This document shows positions 47,583 to 58,208 of a stretch of 64,000 bases of DNA, piece after piece. Both the position numbers and the translations under genes were made by a program. The DNA lies in NCBI GenBank assembly GCA_965279375.1, contig OZ257156.1, forward strand, positions 1,408,001 through 1,472,000. The letters are read 5' to 3'. Under the pieces are notes generated by a model. The model had not been told where the DNA came from, searched no databases, and saw only the letters and a program-made list of their open reading frames with translations. The stretch's first letter is position 1. The number at the start of each line of letters is the position of its first letter. The stretch comes from Gemmatimonas sp. (GTDB lineage: Bacteria; Gemmatimonadota; Gemmatimonadetes; Gemmatimonadales; Gemmatimonadaceae).

Positions 47583-48611
47583 ATGCGAATGACGTCAGGC
47601 CACACCGCACGATCGATGTTGCAGCGAGTGCTGCCCATGCTGCTCGCGTTTGGTGGTACCCGCATGGTGCACGCACAATCCGGCGTTGCGCCGCGCAACG
47701 CTGCCTCGACGGCAGGCGCAGCGGGTGCTTCCATCGCCGCGCGTTTGGGATACCCCGATTCGGCGCGACTGGTCATCCTGCACGCCGACGACATCGCCAT
47801 GACCACCGGCGTCAGTCGCACCACGCTCTCGGCGCTTGAACGCGGCGTGGTGAACTCCGCGTCGATCATCGCCCCGACGGCGTTTCTTGGCGATTTCGCG
47901 CGCTCGCTCTCACCCGGACAGCGCCATGATCTGGGCATTCTTCTCACGCTCGCCAGCGAGAGCGTGCTGATGCGTTGGCGTCCCGCTTCGGGCGTGGATC
48001 GCGCGAGGTCGCTCCTCGATTCAACCGGCACGCTGGCGCTACGTCCGCCCGCTTCCGCCAGTGTCGCCGAGATCGAGCAGGAGCTCGATGCGCAGATTGC
48101 TGCCGTGCGCGCGGTCGGCATTGTGCCCACGCATCTCGACTCGCATCAGGGGGCGCTGTTCACGAACGGCGCGCCGATCTTCGAGGCGTGGCGACGCGTC
48201 GCGAAGCGCGCCTGCCTGCCCATGCCGATTCCGACCGCAGCCTTTGCGCAGTTTCCGTATGTCGCCGAAGGGCTCAAGGACGGCCACTTGCCCATCAACG
48301 ACATGCGAGGCATATCGCCGTCGGTCTCGAATGCGGATTGGAACGCCTTCTACCAGAATGTGCTGCGCGATCTCAAGCCGGGTGTCACCGAGATCATCGT
48401 CCACCTCGACGAAGACACCAACGCCGAACGTGCGCAGTTCCGTGCGCATGTCGAGGGAAACATCGGATGGGACGCCGCATGGCGTACGCGCGATCTGAAA
48501 GCACTCTCCGATCCGGCGTTTGTGAAGCTGCTCCGCGAGCAGAACATTCACCTCGTGACGTGGCGGGAGATCGCTGCCGTCACCAACATCTGCGCTCGTC
48601 CGTCGCGCTGA
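47583..48611 (+). CDS. YdjC/ChbG-family carbohydrate deacetylase (secreted)
   Basis: LVILHADD, VNSASI, PTHLDSHQG, PGVTEIIVH. Start 47583 or 47616. Confidence 0.85.
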   Translation: MRMTSGHTARSMLQRVLPMLLAFGGTRMVHAQSGVAPRNAASTAGAAGASIAARLGYPDSARLVILHADDIAMTTGVSRTTLSALERGVVNSASIIAPTAFLGDFARSLSPGQRHDLGILLTLASESVLMRWRPASGVDRARSLLDSTGTLALRPPASASVAEIEQELDAQIAAVRAVGIVPTHLDSHQGALFTNGAPIFEAWRRVAKRACLPMPIPTAAFAQFPYVAEGLKDGHLPINDMRGISPSVSNADWNAFYQNVLRDLKPGVTEIIVHLDEDTNAERAQFRAHVEGNIGWDAAWRTRDLKALSDPAFVKLLREQNIHLVTWREIAAVTNICARPSR

Positions 48612-48683
48612 CCTACGCCGTGTACGTCGCTCGGTAGCTCGTATGGCACCGTACACGATCCTGCCACGCTCCATTCACCCCGC

Positions 48684-49538
48684 ATGTACTCCGGACTTCG
48701 CGATCTCCGCGTCATTGACGACGCACTCGGCCTGACCTTTCCCGCCGTCGTGCAATACCCGACGCACACCGCCGCCTCGGGTGTGCAGATCGGACCGTAT
48801 CACTTCGACGCTGAGCGTGACGCACCTGTCGCGGACGGCCGCTTTCCGCTGGTGCTGATCTCGCACGGTGGCGGCGGCTCGCATCTGCTGTACCGCAGCA
48901 TCGCCACGCATCTCGCGCAGCACGGCTACATCGTCGTGGCGCCGGAGCACCCGAGTGACAATCGCAACGACAAGTCGATGATGGGCACCGAAGAGAACAT
49001 GGCGCGACGGCCGCGTCACGCAGCGATGACTCTCAGTGCGGTCATCGATGATGCGCAACTTGGCCCGCATGTGGACGCATCGGCGATTGCGGTGATCGGG
49101 CATTCGTATGGTGGCTACACCGCGCTCGCGATGGCCGGCGGACAGCCATGGTCGATGGCGAGACAACCTGTGACGGTACAGGCGGATGCGCGCGTGAAGG
49201 CTGCAGTGCTGATGGCCGCCGCGGCCGCACCGTATCAGCCACCCGATGCGCTGCAGGCGGTACGCATTCCGCTGCTCGTGCTCTCGGGCGATCAGGATCC
49301 CGTCACACCGCTTTGGCAGGCGGAGCTGGTGCGCGATCGCGTCCCCGACCCGGCGCAGGTGACGTTGCAGGTGGTGAACGGTGCCGGCCACTTCGCCTTC
49401 ATCACACCATTTCCTGCGGCGATGCGCAGCGAAAGCTTTGCGCCCTCCACCGATCCGCCGGGCTTCGACCGTGAGCAATTCCATCGCGAGTTGCCGCAGA
49501 CTATTCACGCGTTTCTGCAGCGCGCACTCGCAGACTGA
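48684..49538 (+). CDS. Alpha/beta hydrolase (dienelactone-hydrolase-like)
   Basis: PLVLISHGGGG, GHSYGG nucleophile elbow, GDQD, GAGHF. Confidence 0.9.
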   Translation: MYSGLRDLRVIDDALGLTFPAVVQYPTHTAASGVQIGPYHFDAERDAPVADGRFPLVLISHGGGGSHLLYRSIATHLAQHGYIVVAPEHPSDNRNDKSMMGTEENMARRPRHAAMTLSAVIDDAQLGPHVDASAIAVIGHSYGGYTALAMAGGQPWSMARQPVTVQADARVKAAVLMAAAAAPYQPPDALQAVRIPLLVLSGDQDPVTPLWQAELVRDRVPDPAQVTLQVVNGAGHFAFITPFPAAMRSESFAPSTDPPGFDREQFHRELPQTIHAFLQRALAD

Positions 49539-49554
49539 AGTACCGATGAAACGC

Positions 49555-49594
49555 AAACCGGGTGAGCCCATGCTGCTGGACTCACCCGGTCTTT
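49555..49594. terminator. Probable bidirectional terminator between the hydrolase gene and katG
   Basis: ACCGGGTGAG(CCCA)...(TGGA)CTCACCCGGT stem flanked by AAA and TTT. Confidence 0.75.
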
Positions 49595-49628
49595 GCTTGC
49601 AACGCCGTCAGCGTTTAACAGCGCACGC

Positions 49629-51923
<2,295 letters not shown>

Positions 51924-51939
51924 CTACTGTCCGCGTAGG

Positions 51940-52002
51940 ATAGGGGTCTCATCTATAGCCAGCAATAGGGGTATTCCTATAATTTCCATAGTCAAATCCT
52001 AT
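51940..52002. promoter_or_regulatory. OxyR binding site in the katG/oxyR divergent promoter
   Basis: ATAG-N8-CTAT-N7-ATAG-N7-CTAT at 51965-52002, plus ATAG-N9-CTAT at 51940-51956. Confidence 0.85.
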
Positions 52003-52025
52003 ACCCAGACTCATGGATAGCTGAA

Positions 52026-52913
52026 TTGGACACCACGCTCCTACGCGCCTTTCTCGCCACGGCCGATGCCGGCAGCATGAGCCGCGCGGCGCAGCAGCTC
52101 GGCCTCTCCCAGCCGTCGCTGACCGCGCAGATCCAGCGGCTCGAACAGCAACTCGGCGCACCGCTTTTCGAGCGGCACGGGCGCGGGGTCACGCTGACCG
52201 AGGCGGGCAAGCTCCTGTCGCCACGGGCGCGTCGCATCCTGGATGAGGTGCGGGATACGCAGGAGGCGATCCGCCGCGAGGGCGTCGAGCACGCGGAGCG
52301 GTTGAGTGTGGGGGCGATTCCGACTGTCGCGCCGTACATCCTGCCCGCCGCACTGCAGCGCTTGCGCGCGCATCACACGGCGGTCCCGGTGGAGTTGCGC
52401 GAAGACTACAGCGCGGTGTTGGCCCGGATGCTGCACGATGGTGCACTCGATGTCGTGATCGCGGCGCTCCCCTACCACTTCGACCATCTGGAGACGGAAG
52501 TGCTCGGCGCAGATGCGCTGGTGGTGGCGGTGCCGGTGACGCACCCGGCCGCGCGCGCGGGGCGCATCACGCTCGCACAGCTGCGCGATGCGCCGGCGAT
52601 CACGCTCGATCCGGTGCATTGCCTTGGCGAACAGGTGGCGGAGTTCTGTTCGAGCCGTGCGGTGTCGCCGGCGGTCGTGTGCCGGAGTGCGCAGTTGGCG
52701 ACCGTGCTGGAGTTGGTAGGTGCCGGTGTCGGTGTGTCGATCGTGCCGGCGATGGCGGCGGTGCGGCACAACACGCCGCAGTGTGCGTACGTGCCGTTGG
52801 CCGAGCAGCCGTTGCAGCGTGAGATCGTGGCGGTGTGGCGTCGCGGGGCGGCGCGGTCGCGATCGGCGCGTGCCTTTGTAGACTGCGTGCGCGAAGTCGT
52901 GCGTCTGAGCTAA
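52026..52913 (+). CDS. oxyR: H2O2-sensing LysR regulator OxyR
   Basis: LysR HTH (SQPSLTAQIQRLE), GAIPTVAPY, redox Cys pair HCLGEQVAEFC with OxyR spacing. Divergent from katG. Confidence 0.85.
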   Translation: MDTTLLRAFLATADAGSMSRAAQQLGLSQPSLTAQIQRLEQQLGAPLFERHGRGVTLTEAGKLLSPRARRILDEVRDTQEAIRREGVEHAERLSVGAIPTVAPYILPAALQRLRAHHTAVPVELREDYSAVLARMLHDGALDVVIAALPYHFDHLETEVLGADALVVAVPVTHPAARAGRITLAQLRDAPAITLDPVHCLGEQVAEFCSSRAVSPAVVCRSAQLATVLELVGAGVGVSIVPAMAAVRHNTPQCAYVPLAEQPLQREIVAVWRRGAARSRSARAFVDCVREVVRLS

Positions 52914-52940
52914 CCTTTCGTCTCTGTCCGGGAATTCTCC

Positions 52941-53609
52941 GTGAACGTGTCTGCGATCCTGTTCGATCTTGATGGCGTGCTGGTGGACTCGATTGCCGGG
53001 GTCGAGTTGGTGTGGCGTGACTGGGCGACGGCGCATGGATTCGACGCCGACGCGGTCGTCGCGGTGGTGCATGGTCGTCGCGCTGCGGACACCGTTGCGG
53101 CGGTGGCGCCGCATCTGGACGTGGCGACGGAGTTGGCCGCGCTCACCGCGCGTGAAGCATCGGACACGCGTGGCATTCAGCCGATCGACGGCGCAGCGGC
53201 ATTTGTGAGTGCGTTGCCGCCGCAGGCGTGGGCGGTGGTCACGTCGGGCATGCGGGCCGCGGCGACGTTTCGGTTGGGTGTGGGCGGCGTGCCTGTGCCC
53301 AAGGTGCTGGTGTCGGCGGAAGATGTTGAACGTGGCAAGCCCGATCCGTCGTGCTATCTGCTGGGGGCTCAGCGACTCGGCGTTGCTCCGTCGGAGTGCC
53401 TGGTGATTGAAGACGCGCCGGCCGGACTCGCTGCAGCCAAGGCGGCCGGCATGCGCAGCATCGGCGTCACGACCACCTACGACGTGGCTGCGCTGCAGGA
53501 CGCGACCGTAGTGGTGCGGTCGGTGGCGGATCTGGTGGTGCGGGTGGACCCGGTCACGTCGAAGCTGGAGGTCTCGGTGCGCGAGGGCGTGACGCCACTG
53601 CGCGGCTGA
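52941..53609 (+). CDS. HAD-IA sugar phosphatase (YfbT/HxpA-like)
   Basis: FDLDGVLVDS, VVTSG, GKPDP, IEDAPAG. Confidence 0.9.
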   Translation: MNVSAILFDLDGVLVDSIAGVELVWRDWATAHGFDADAVVAVVHGRRAADTVAAVAPHLDVATELAALTAREASDTRGIQPIDGAAAFVSALPPQAWAVVTSGMRAAATFRLGVGGVPVPKVLVSAEDVERGKPDPSCYLLGAQRLGVAPSECLVIEDAPAGLAAAKAAGMRSIGVTTTYDVAALQDATVVVRSVADLVVRVDPVTSKLEVSVREGVTPLRG

Positions 53610-53736
53610 GGCCGGTTAAGAAATGGTTCATGACGGAACGCGGCCTCTGGCGCGCGCCTGAACCATTGGCCAGAATCCGGCGCCTTGATCCATCGGATCA
53701 CTTTTCATTGCAGCACTTCGACCGGGAGCACTTGTT

Positions 53737-54426
53737 TTGCAACGATTTCTGATTGCCGCACTGGGCTTGGCCTTGAGTGCGCAGACGGCCCAGGCGCAGT
53801 TGTTCACCGACAACTTCAACAGCGAGAACGGCGGCAATTCCTCGCTCAACTACAATCGTTTCGCGAACTGGACGGTGCAGGGGCAGGTCGATCTGGTGCG
53901 CTCCGGCGATTTCGGCATCACCTGCTTTGGCACCTGCGTCGATCTCGATGGCAGCTCCGGTCCTGGCGCGCTCGTGAGCAAGCGCTCCTATGCGTTCAAT
54001 TCGGGCGACATGTTGACGTTCTCGTTTGACGTGAGCGGAAACCAGCGCGGTGGTAGTTCGGACGAGCTGTTTCTCGCGCTGGAGTTTGGACAGGGGGCAA
54101 GCCTCGCGAGCTATACGGGAACCGGTGGCTTCTCCTCCTACTCCAATTCGGTCCCAGGGGGCTTCACGCTGGGGAGTATCGCATTCGGTCAGACGATCGC
54201 GCCGAGTGATCCGTTCTCCACGTGGTCGATGTCCTTCGTCGCGGCGGGCGCGGGCTCGTTGTACTACGTCTTGAGCACCAACAGCAGGGACAATGTCGGA
54301 CCCATCGTCGACAACATCGTCATCGACCAGACGTCCACCACGGTCCCCGAGCCCTCCACCTGGGCGCTGATGGCGGCAGGACTCGGCGCCATGGCCCTCG
54401 TCGCTCGCCGTCGCACGCGCGCGTAA
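53737..54426 (+). CDS. PEP-CTERM sorting-domain protein
   Basis: Signal peptide. C-terminal VPEPSTWALMAAGLGAMALVARRR. Confidence 0.92.
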   Translation: MQRFLIAALGLALSAQTAQAQLFTDNFNSENGGNSSLNYNRFANWTVQGQVDLVRSGDFGITCFGTCVDLDGSSGPGALVSKRSYAFNSGDMLTFSFDVSGNQRGGSSDELFLALEFGQGASLASYTGTGGFSSYSNSVPGGFTLGSIAFGQTIAPSDPFSTWSMSFVAAGAGSLYYVLSTNSRDNVGPIVDNIVIDQTSTTVPEPSTWALMAAGLGAMALVARRRTRA

Positions 54427-54476
54427 GGGTACAGCACGCACACCGTCGTGCGCGTCAGCAGGGCGCACGATCAACG

Positions 54477-54516
54477 CAGGGGTGAAGGCCACATGGCTTT
54501 CGCCCCTGTATGTTTT
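54477..54516 (+). terminator. Intrinsic terminator after the PEP-CTERM gene
   Basis: CAGGGGTGAAGGCC-ACAT-GGCTTTCGCCCCTG followed by TATGTTTT. Confidence 0.7.
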
Positions 54517-54521
54517 CCGGC

Positions 54522-55337
54522 ATGAACAGTTCCGTCCCCTCTCAGGCCAAACGCCCACTCGCCTGCATCACCGGTGCCAGTGCCGGCATCGGCAAGGTGT
54601 TCGCGCAACGCCTGGCGCAGCGTGGTCACGATCTGTTGCTCGTCGCACGCGACGGCGCACGATTGCAGGCACTGTCGGAGGAACTCGCACGCGCGCATGG
54701 CGTGGCGGTGCACGTGCTGGTGGCTGATCTCTCGACTGATGCGGGAATCGCCGCACTGGCTGAGCGGCTGCGCGAGGAGCCCGCGCTCGCGATGCTCGTC
54801 AACAACGCCGGCTTCGGCACCATGGGCACGATCGTCACCGCCGATCCCAAGGGGCAGGCCGACATGCTGCGCCTGCATGTGCTGGCCACGCACGAACTCA
54901 CTGCGGCGGCGCTCCCTGGCATGGTCGCGCGCAACGCGGGCACCATCATCACTGTGGCATCGGTCGCGAGCTGGGCGCCCACGCCTGGCAATGTGAATTA
55001 CAACGCGACCAAGGCGTATCAGCGCATGTACTGCGAAGCGCTGGCCACCGAACTGCGCGGATCGAACGTGCACGTGCAGGCGCTGTGCCCGGGCTTTACG
55101 TACACCGAGTTCCACGATCGGCTCGGGAGTGGTCGCGGTGGCATTCCCACCTGGGCGTGGCTGCCTGCGGAGCGGGTGGTCGACGAATCGCTGACTCAGG
55201 CCTTCGCGCGCGGCGACGTGGTGTGCATTCCCGGCAAGCGTTTCAAGCTGATCGTATTCTTGCTCAAGTACGGATCGTGGGTGTTGTCGCCGCTCCGCAA
55301 GAGCTATCGCCGAGACAAGAAGCCGGGTGAGCAATGA
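54522..55337 (+). CDS. Short-chain dehydrogenase/reductase
   Basis: TGASAGIG, VNNAGFG, YNATK, LCPGFT. Confidence 0.93.
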   Translation: MNSSVPSQAKRPLACITGASAGIGKVFAQRLAQRGHDLLLVARDGARLQALSEELARAHGVAVHVLVADLSTDAGIAALAERLREEPALAMLVNNAGFGTMGTIVTADPKGQADMLRLHVLATHELTAAALPGMVARNAGTIITVASVASWAPTPGNVNYNATKAYQRMYCEALATELRGSNVHVQALCPGFTYTEFHDRLGSGRGGIPTWAWLPAERVVDESLTQAFARGDVVCIPGKRFKLIVFLLKYGSWVLSPLRKSYRRDKKPGEQ

Positions 55338-55368
55338 TGCGTGGAACTTTCCTCCCTCCTAACCAACG

Positions 55369-57210
55369 ATGACGAAGCCCTTTTCGCGGCGCGACTGGAT
55401 CAAGACCGTCGGCGCTGCTGGCGCCCTTGCCCCATTCGACTTGTTGTCGGCGGAGACGCCCGCGCCAGCGGCCGAAAGTGCGAGTGAGCTGATCGCGCCG
55501 CCCGCACCACCGCCGATTGCGATTCGCGATGTGTACGCACCGGGTGATGTGGTGGAGCTGTATTCCACGAGCGACGTGTTCATTCCGCCGCGCGGCAACT
55601 CGTTCATGAAGTTCAGCTACGACAATCCCGAACCCGGCGTGGTGTTTGGCGATCATCGTTTCAGCGTGTTGGTCTTCACCGACGAGAACTGCTACAGCCT
55701 CGATCAGTCGCTCATGCGTGCAACGGGCGGCGCGGATGCGCTCGAGCTCACGTGCACCGGACTCACCTGGGCCGGCGGACAGGAGAAGGCGCCGGGCAAG
55801 GTGACGGTGCGCTTTGCGCGTAACGCCGGCGTGGTCACGTGGGACATCACCGCCGAAGCGTCGCATCCCATCAAGACCGTCACCACGGTCATTCGCGATA
55901 TCCCGCGCGGCAAAGTGTCGTTTGGTGGAAATCCGGTGCAGGACACGCGCGAGGGCGATGTGCTGGGTGGCTACACCTTTGGCGCAGGCGATCTGCACGG
56001 CGCAGGGACGCCGCAGAGCATGGGCACCCCCGTCACCATTCTGCAGGCGGGCGAGACGGACTTTCTGTATCTCACCACGCAAGACACCAAGGTGCGCCCG
56101 AAGCGCTACTACTATCAGGCCGGTGAGCGCGCGTTCCGCGTGGAAGCGATCTACGAGCACGACGCGTGGCGCAACGACACGCGCGTGGTGGTGCCGCGTT
56201 GGCAGCTGGGACGTGCAAGCACCTTCGAAGACGCGATGGTGCCGCACATGACGCACATCGAGAAGGCGTTCAATCTCCCCGACTGGGAAACGCGGCGCGA
56301 CGTGCCCGCGTGGATGCGTGACATTGCGATGGTCACCACGCTGCATGGCATGCACTACACCGGCTTCATGTTCAACGACTACGCGCAGCAGCTCGCGATT
56401 CTGCGCTGGATGGCCACGCAGATTCCGCCGGAGCGCGTGCTGGTCTTTCTCGCGTCGTGGGACGGCCGCTACTACTGGGACTATCCCAACTACGATGTCC
56501 CGAAGCGCATGGGCGGTGAAGCCGGCTTCCGCACGCTCATCACCGAAGCGCGCAAACTTGGCTTCAAGATGATGCCGATGTACGGCACCAACTCCGCCAA
56601 TCGCAAGCAGCCGATCTTCAACAAAGTCGCCTCAGGTGTCACCGCCAAGATCGACGGCGATGTCTACAACCTCAATTGGGTGGACTGGAACAACGATCGT
56701 CACCAGGACGGCTGGCTGGCCTACATGAACCTCGGCGACGACAAGTGGCGCCAGCACATGGAAGGACGCATCGCCGAGATGATCGAGCGCTTCCAGGTGG
56801 ACGCGTACTTTCTCGACATCGTGGGCGGGCACGTCAACAGCACGAACGGCGACATGCACAAAGGGACGCGCAAGCTGGTGAACAACCTGCGCGCCAAGTA
56901 TCCGAACGTCATCGGCGTGGGCGAGATGCCCTACGACGCGCTCTACGAGTTCATCCCGATGTACCACGCAGGCGGTGGCGGTCGGTGGCGCAAGTACTCG
57001 CGCTTCTTCCAGCATCTCAGTGCGCCTGCGCCGGGACGCGGATCGAGCGGTGTGCACGAAGCAGGCTTTGGTCGCTTCCGCACGGAAACGCTCGGCCTGA
57101 GCCCCACTGCCATTCCCACGTTGCAGGTGGTGGACGACACCTTCACCAAGCATCGCGACACGATGGCCGCCATCATCGCCGAAGCGAAGAAGCGCGCGGG
57201 GATCGCATGA
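55369..57210 (+). CDS. Tat-exported hypothetical protein with a probable glycoside-hydrolase-like TIM barrel
   Basis: SRRDWIK Tat motif. WDGRYYWDYP, GGEAGFRTLITEARKLGFK, MNLGD..WR, VDAYFLD. Confidence 0.65.
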   Translation: MTKPFSRRDWIKTVGAAGALAPFDLLSAETPAPAAESASELIAPPAPPPIAIRDVYAPGDVVELYSTSDVFIPPRGNSFMKFSYDNPEPGVVFGDHRFSVLVFTDENCYSLDQSLMRATGGADALELTCTGLTWAGGQEKAPGKVTVRFARNAGVVTWDITAEASHPIKTVTTVIRDIPRGKVSFGGNPVQDTREGDVLGGYTFGAGDLHGAGTPQSMGTPVTILQAGETDFLYLTTQDTKVRPKRYYYQAGERAFRVEAIYEHDAWRNDTRVVVPRWQLGRASTFEDAMVPHMTHIEKAFNLPDWETRRDVPAWMRDIAMVTTLHGMHYTGFMFNDYAQQLAILRWMATQIPPERVLVFLASWDGRYYWDYPNYDVPKRMGGEAGFRTLITEARKLGFKMMPMYGTNSANRKQPIFNKVASGVTAKIDGDVYNLNWVDWNNDRHQDGWLAYMNLGDDKWRQHMEGRIAEMIERFQVDAYFLDIVGGHVNSTNGDMHKGTRKLVNNLRAKYPNVIGVGEMPYDALYEFIPMYHAGGGGRWRKYSRFFQHLSAPAPGRGSSGVHEAGFGRFRTETLGLSPTAIPTLQVVDDTFTKHRDTMAAIIAEAKKRAGIA

Positions 57211-57962
57211 GCGCCAAGGAGAGCAAGTCGTCGAAGAAGAGCGCGAAGCCGTCGCGTGCCAAGCGCTCCGCGTCGCGCGCGCTACGCGACGAAGTGTGCG
57301 AGGCCAACATCGAACTGTTTCGGCGAGGGCTCGCACGCTTCACCTTTGGCAACGCAAGCGGTGTCGATCGTGACCAGGGATTGATTGTGATCAAGCCAAG
57401 TGGCGTGCCGTACAATCGGCTGACACCGGCCAAGCTGGTGGTGACGGATATGGATGGCGTTGTGGTGCAGGGCGATCTGCGGCCGTCATCCGATCTACCA
57501 ACACATGCGGTGCTGCTGAGAGCCTATCCGACGATTGGTGGCGTGGTGCACACGCACTCGATGTACGCGACGGTGTTCGCGCAGGCGCAGCGCGAGATTC
57601 CGTGTCTGGGGACGACACACGCGGACTACTTCTACGGTGCCGTGCCGGTCACCACGCCGCTCTCGGAGAAGGAGATTGCCGTCGACTACGAGCGCAACAC
57701 CGGCGAGGCGATCGTGCGCCGCTTCGCTGAGTTGGATGTGATGTCGATGCCGGCGGTGCTCGTGGCAAGTCACGCCAGCTTCTGCTGGGGGACGAGTGTC
57801 GCTGCGGCGGTGGAGAACGCATCGTATCTCGAAGAGATCGCGACGATGGCGTATCACACGCTTTGTCTGAAGGCCAAGACGGCACCGATCCCTCAGGCTC
57901 TTCTGGACAAACACTTCCTGCGCAAGCACGGCAGCAACGCGTACTACGGCCAGAAGCGCTGA
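57207..57962 (+). CDS. araD: L-ribulose-5-phosphate 4-epimerase
   Basis: FTFGNASG, IKPSGV, PSSDLPTH, VHTHS, GTTHADYFYG, KHFLRKHG.NAYYGQ. ATGA overlap. Confidence 0.93.
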   Translation: MSAKESKSSKKSAKPSRAKRSASRALRDEVCEANIELFRRGLARFTFGNASGVDRDQGLIVIKPSGVPYNRLTPAKLVVTDMDGVVVQGDLRPSSDLPTHAVLLRAYPTIGGVVHTHSMYATVFAQAQREIPCLGTTHADYFYGAVPVTTPLSEKEIAVDYERNTGEAIVRRFAELDVMSMPAVLVASHASFCWGTSVAAAVENASYLEEIATMAYHTLCLKAKTAPIPQALLDKHFLRKHGSNAYYGQKR

Positions 57963-57993
57963 ACTCGGCAAGACAATCATCCAACCTGCCGCT

Positions 57994-58200
57994 GTTGCTG
58001 TATCCGTGCGCCGTTTCCGTTTCTATCCGTTCCTATCCGTGGCCGAGCAGTTCGTCAGCTCCTATCCGCTGTTCCAATCCTGTTAGCGACGCGTCATGGC
58101 CACGCACGAACGTGGGATTTCCGGGTCGGATCACAGGGATGAACTGCTCGGCCACGGATAAGAGCTGAAACGCGCGGAAACAGCGCGCGGATACTGCAAC
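57994..58200. repeat. Nested inverted-repeat element (MITE/REP-like) between convergent araD and araB
   Basis: Perfect 20-bp IR 58034-58053 / 58141-58160. Outer 26-bp IR with 3 mismatches 57994-58019 / 58175-58200. Multiple TATCCG copies. Confidence 0.85.
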
Positions 58201-58208
58201 TGCAGATG

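Noticed and set aside
56676..57206. N-terminal extension of araD in the ORF track
   Set aside because: Overlaps the upstream gene. ATGA coupling at 57207 gives a normal-length AraD.
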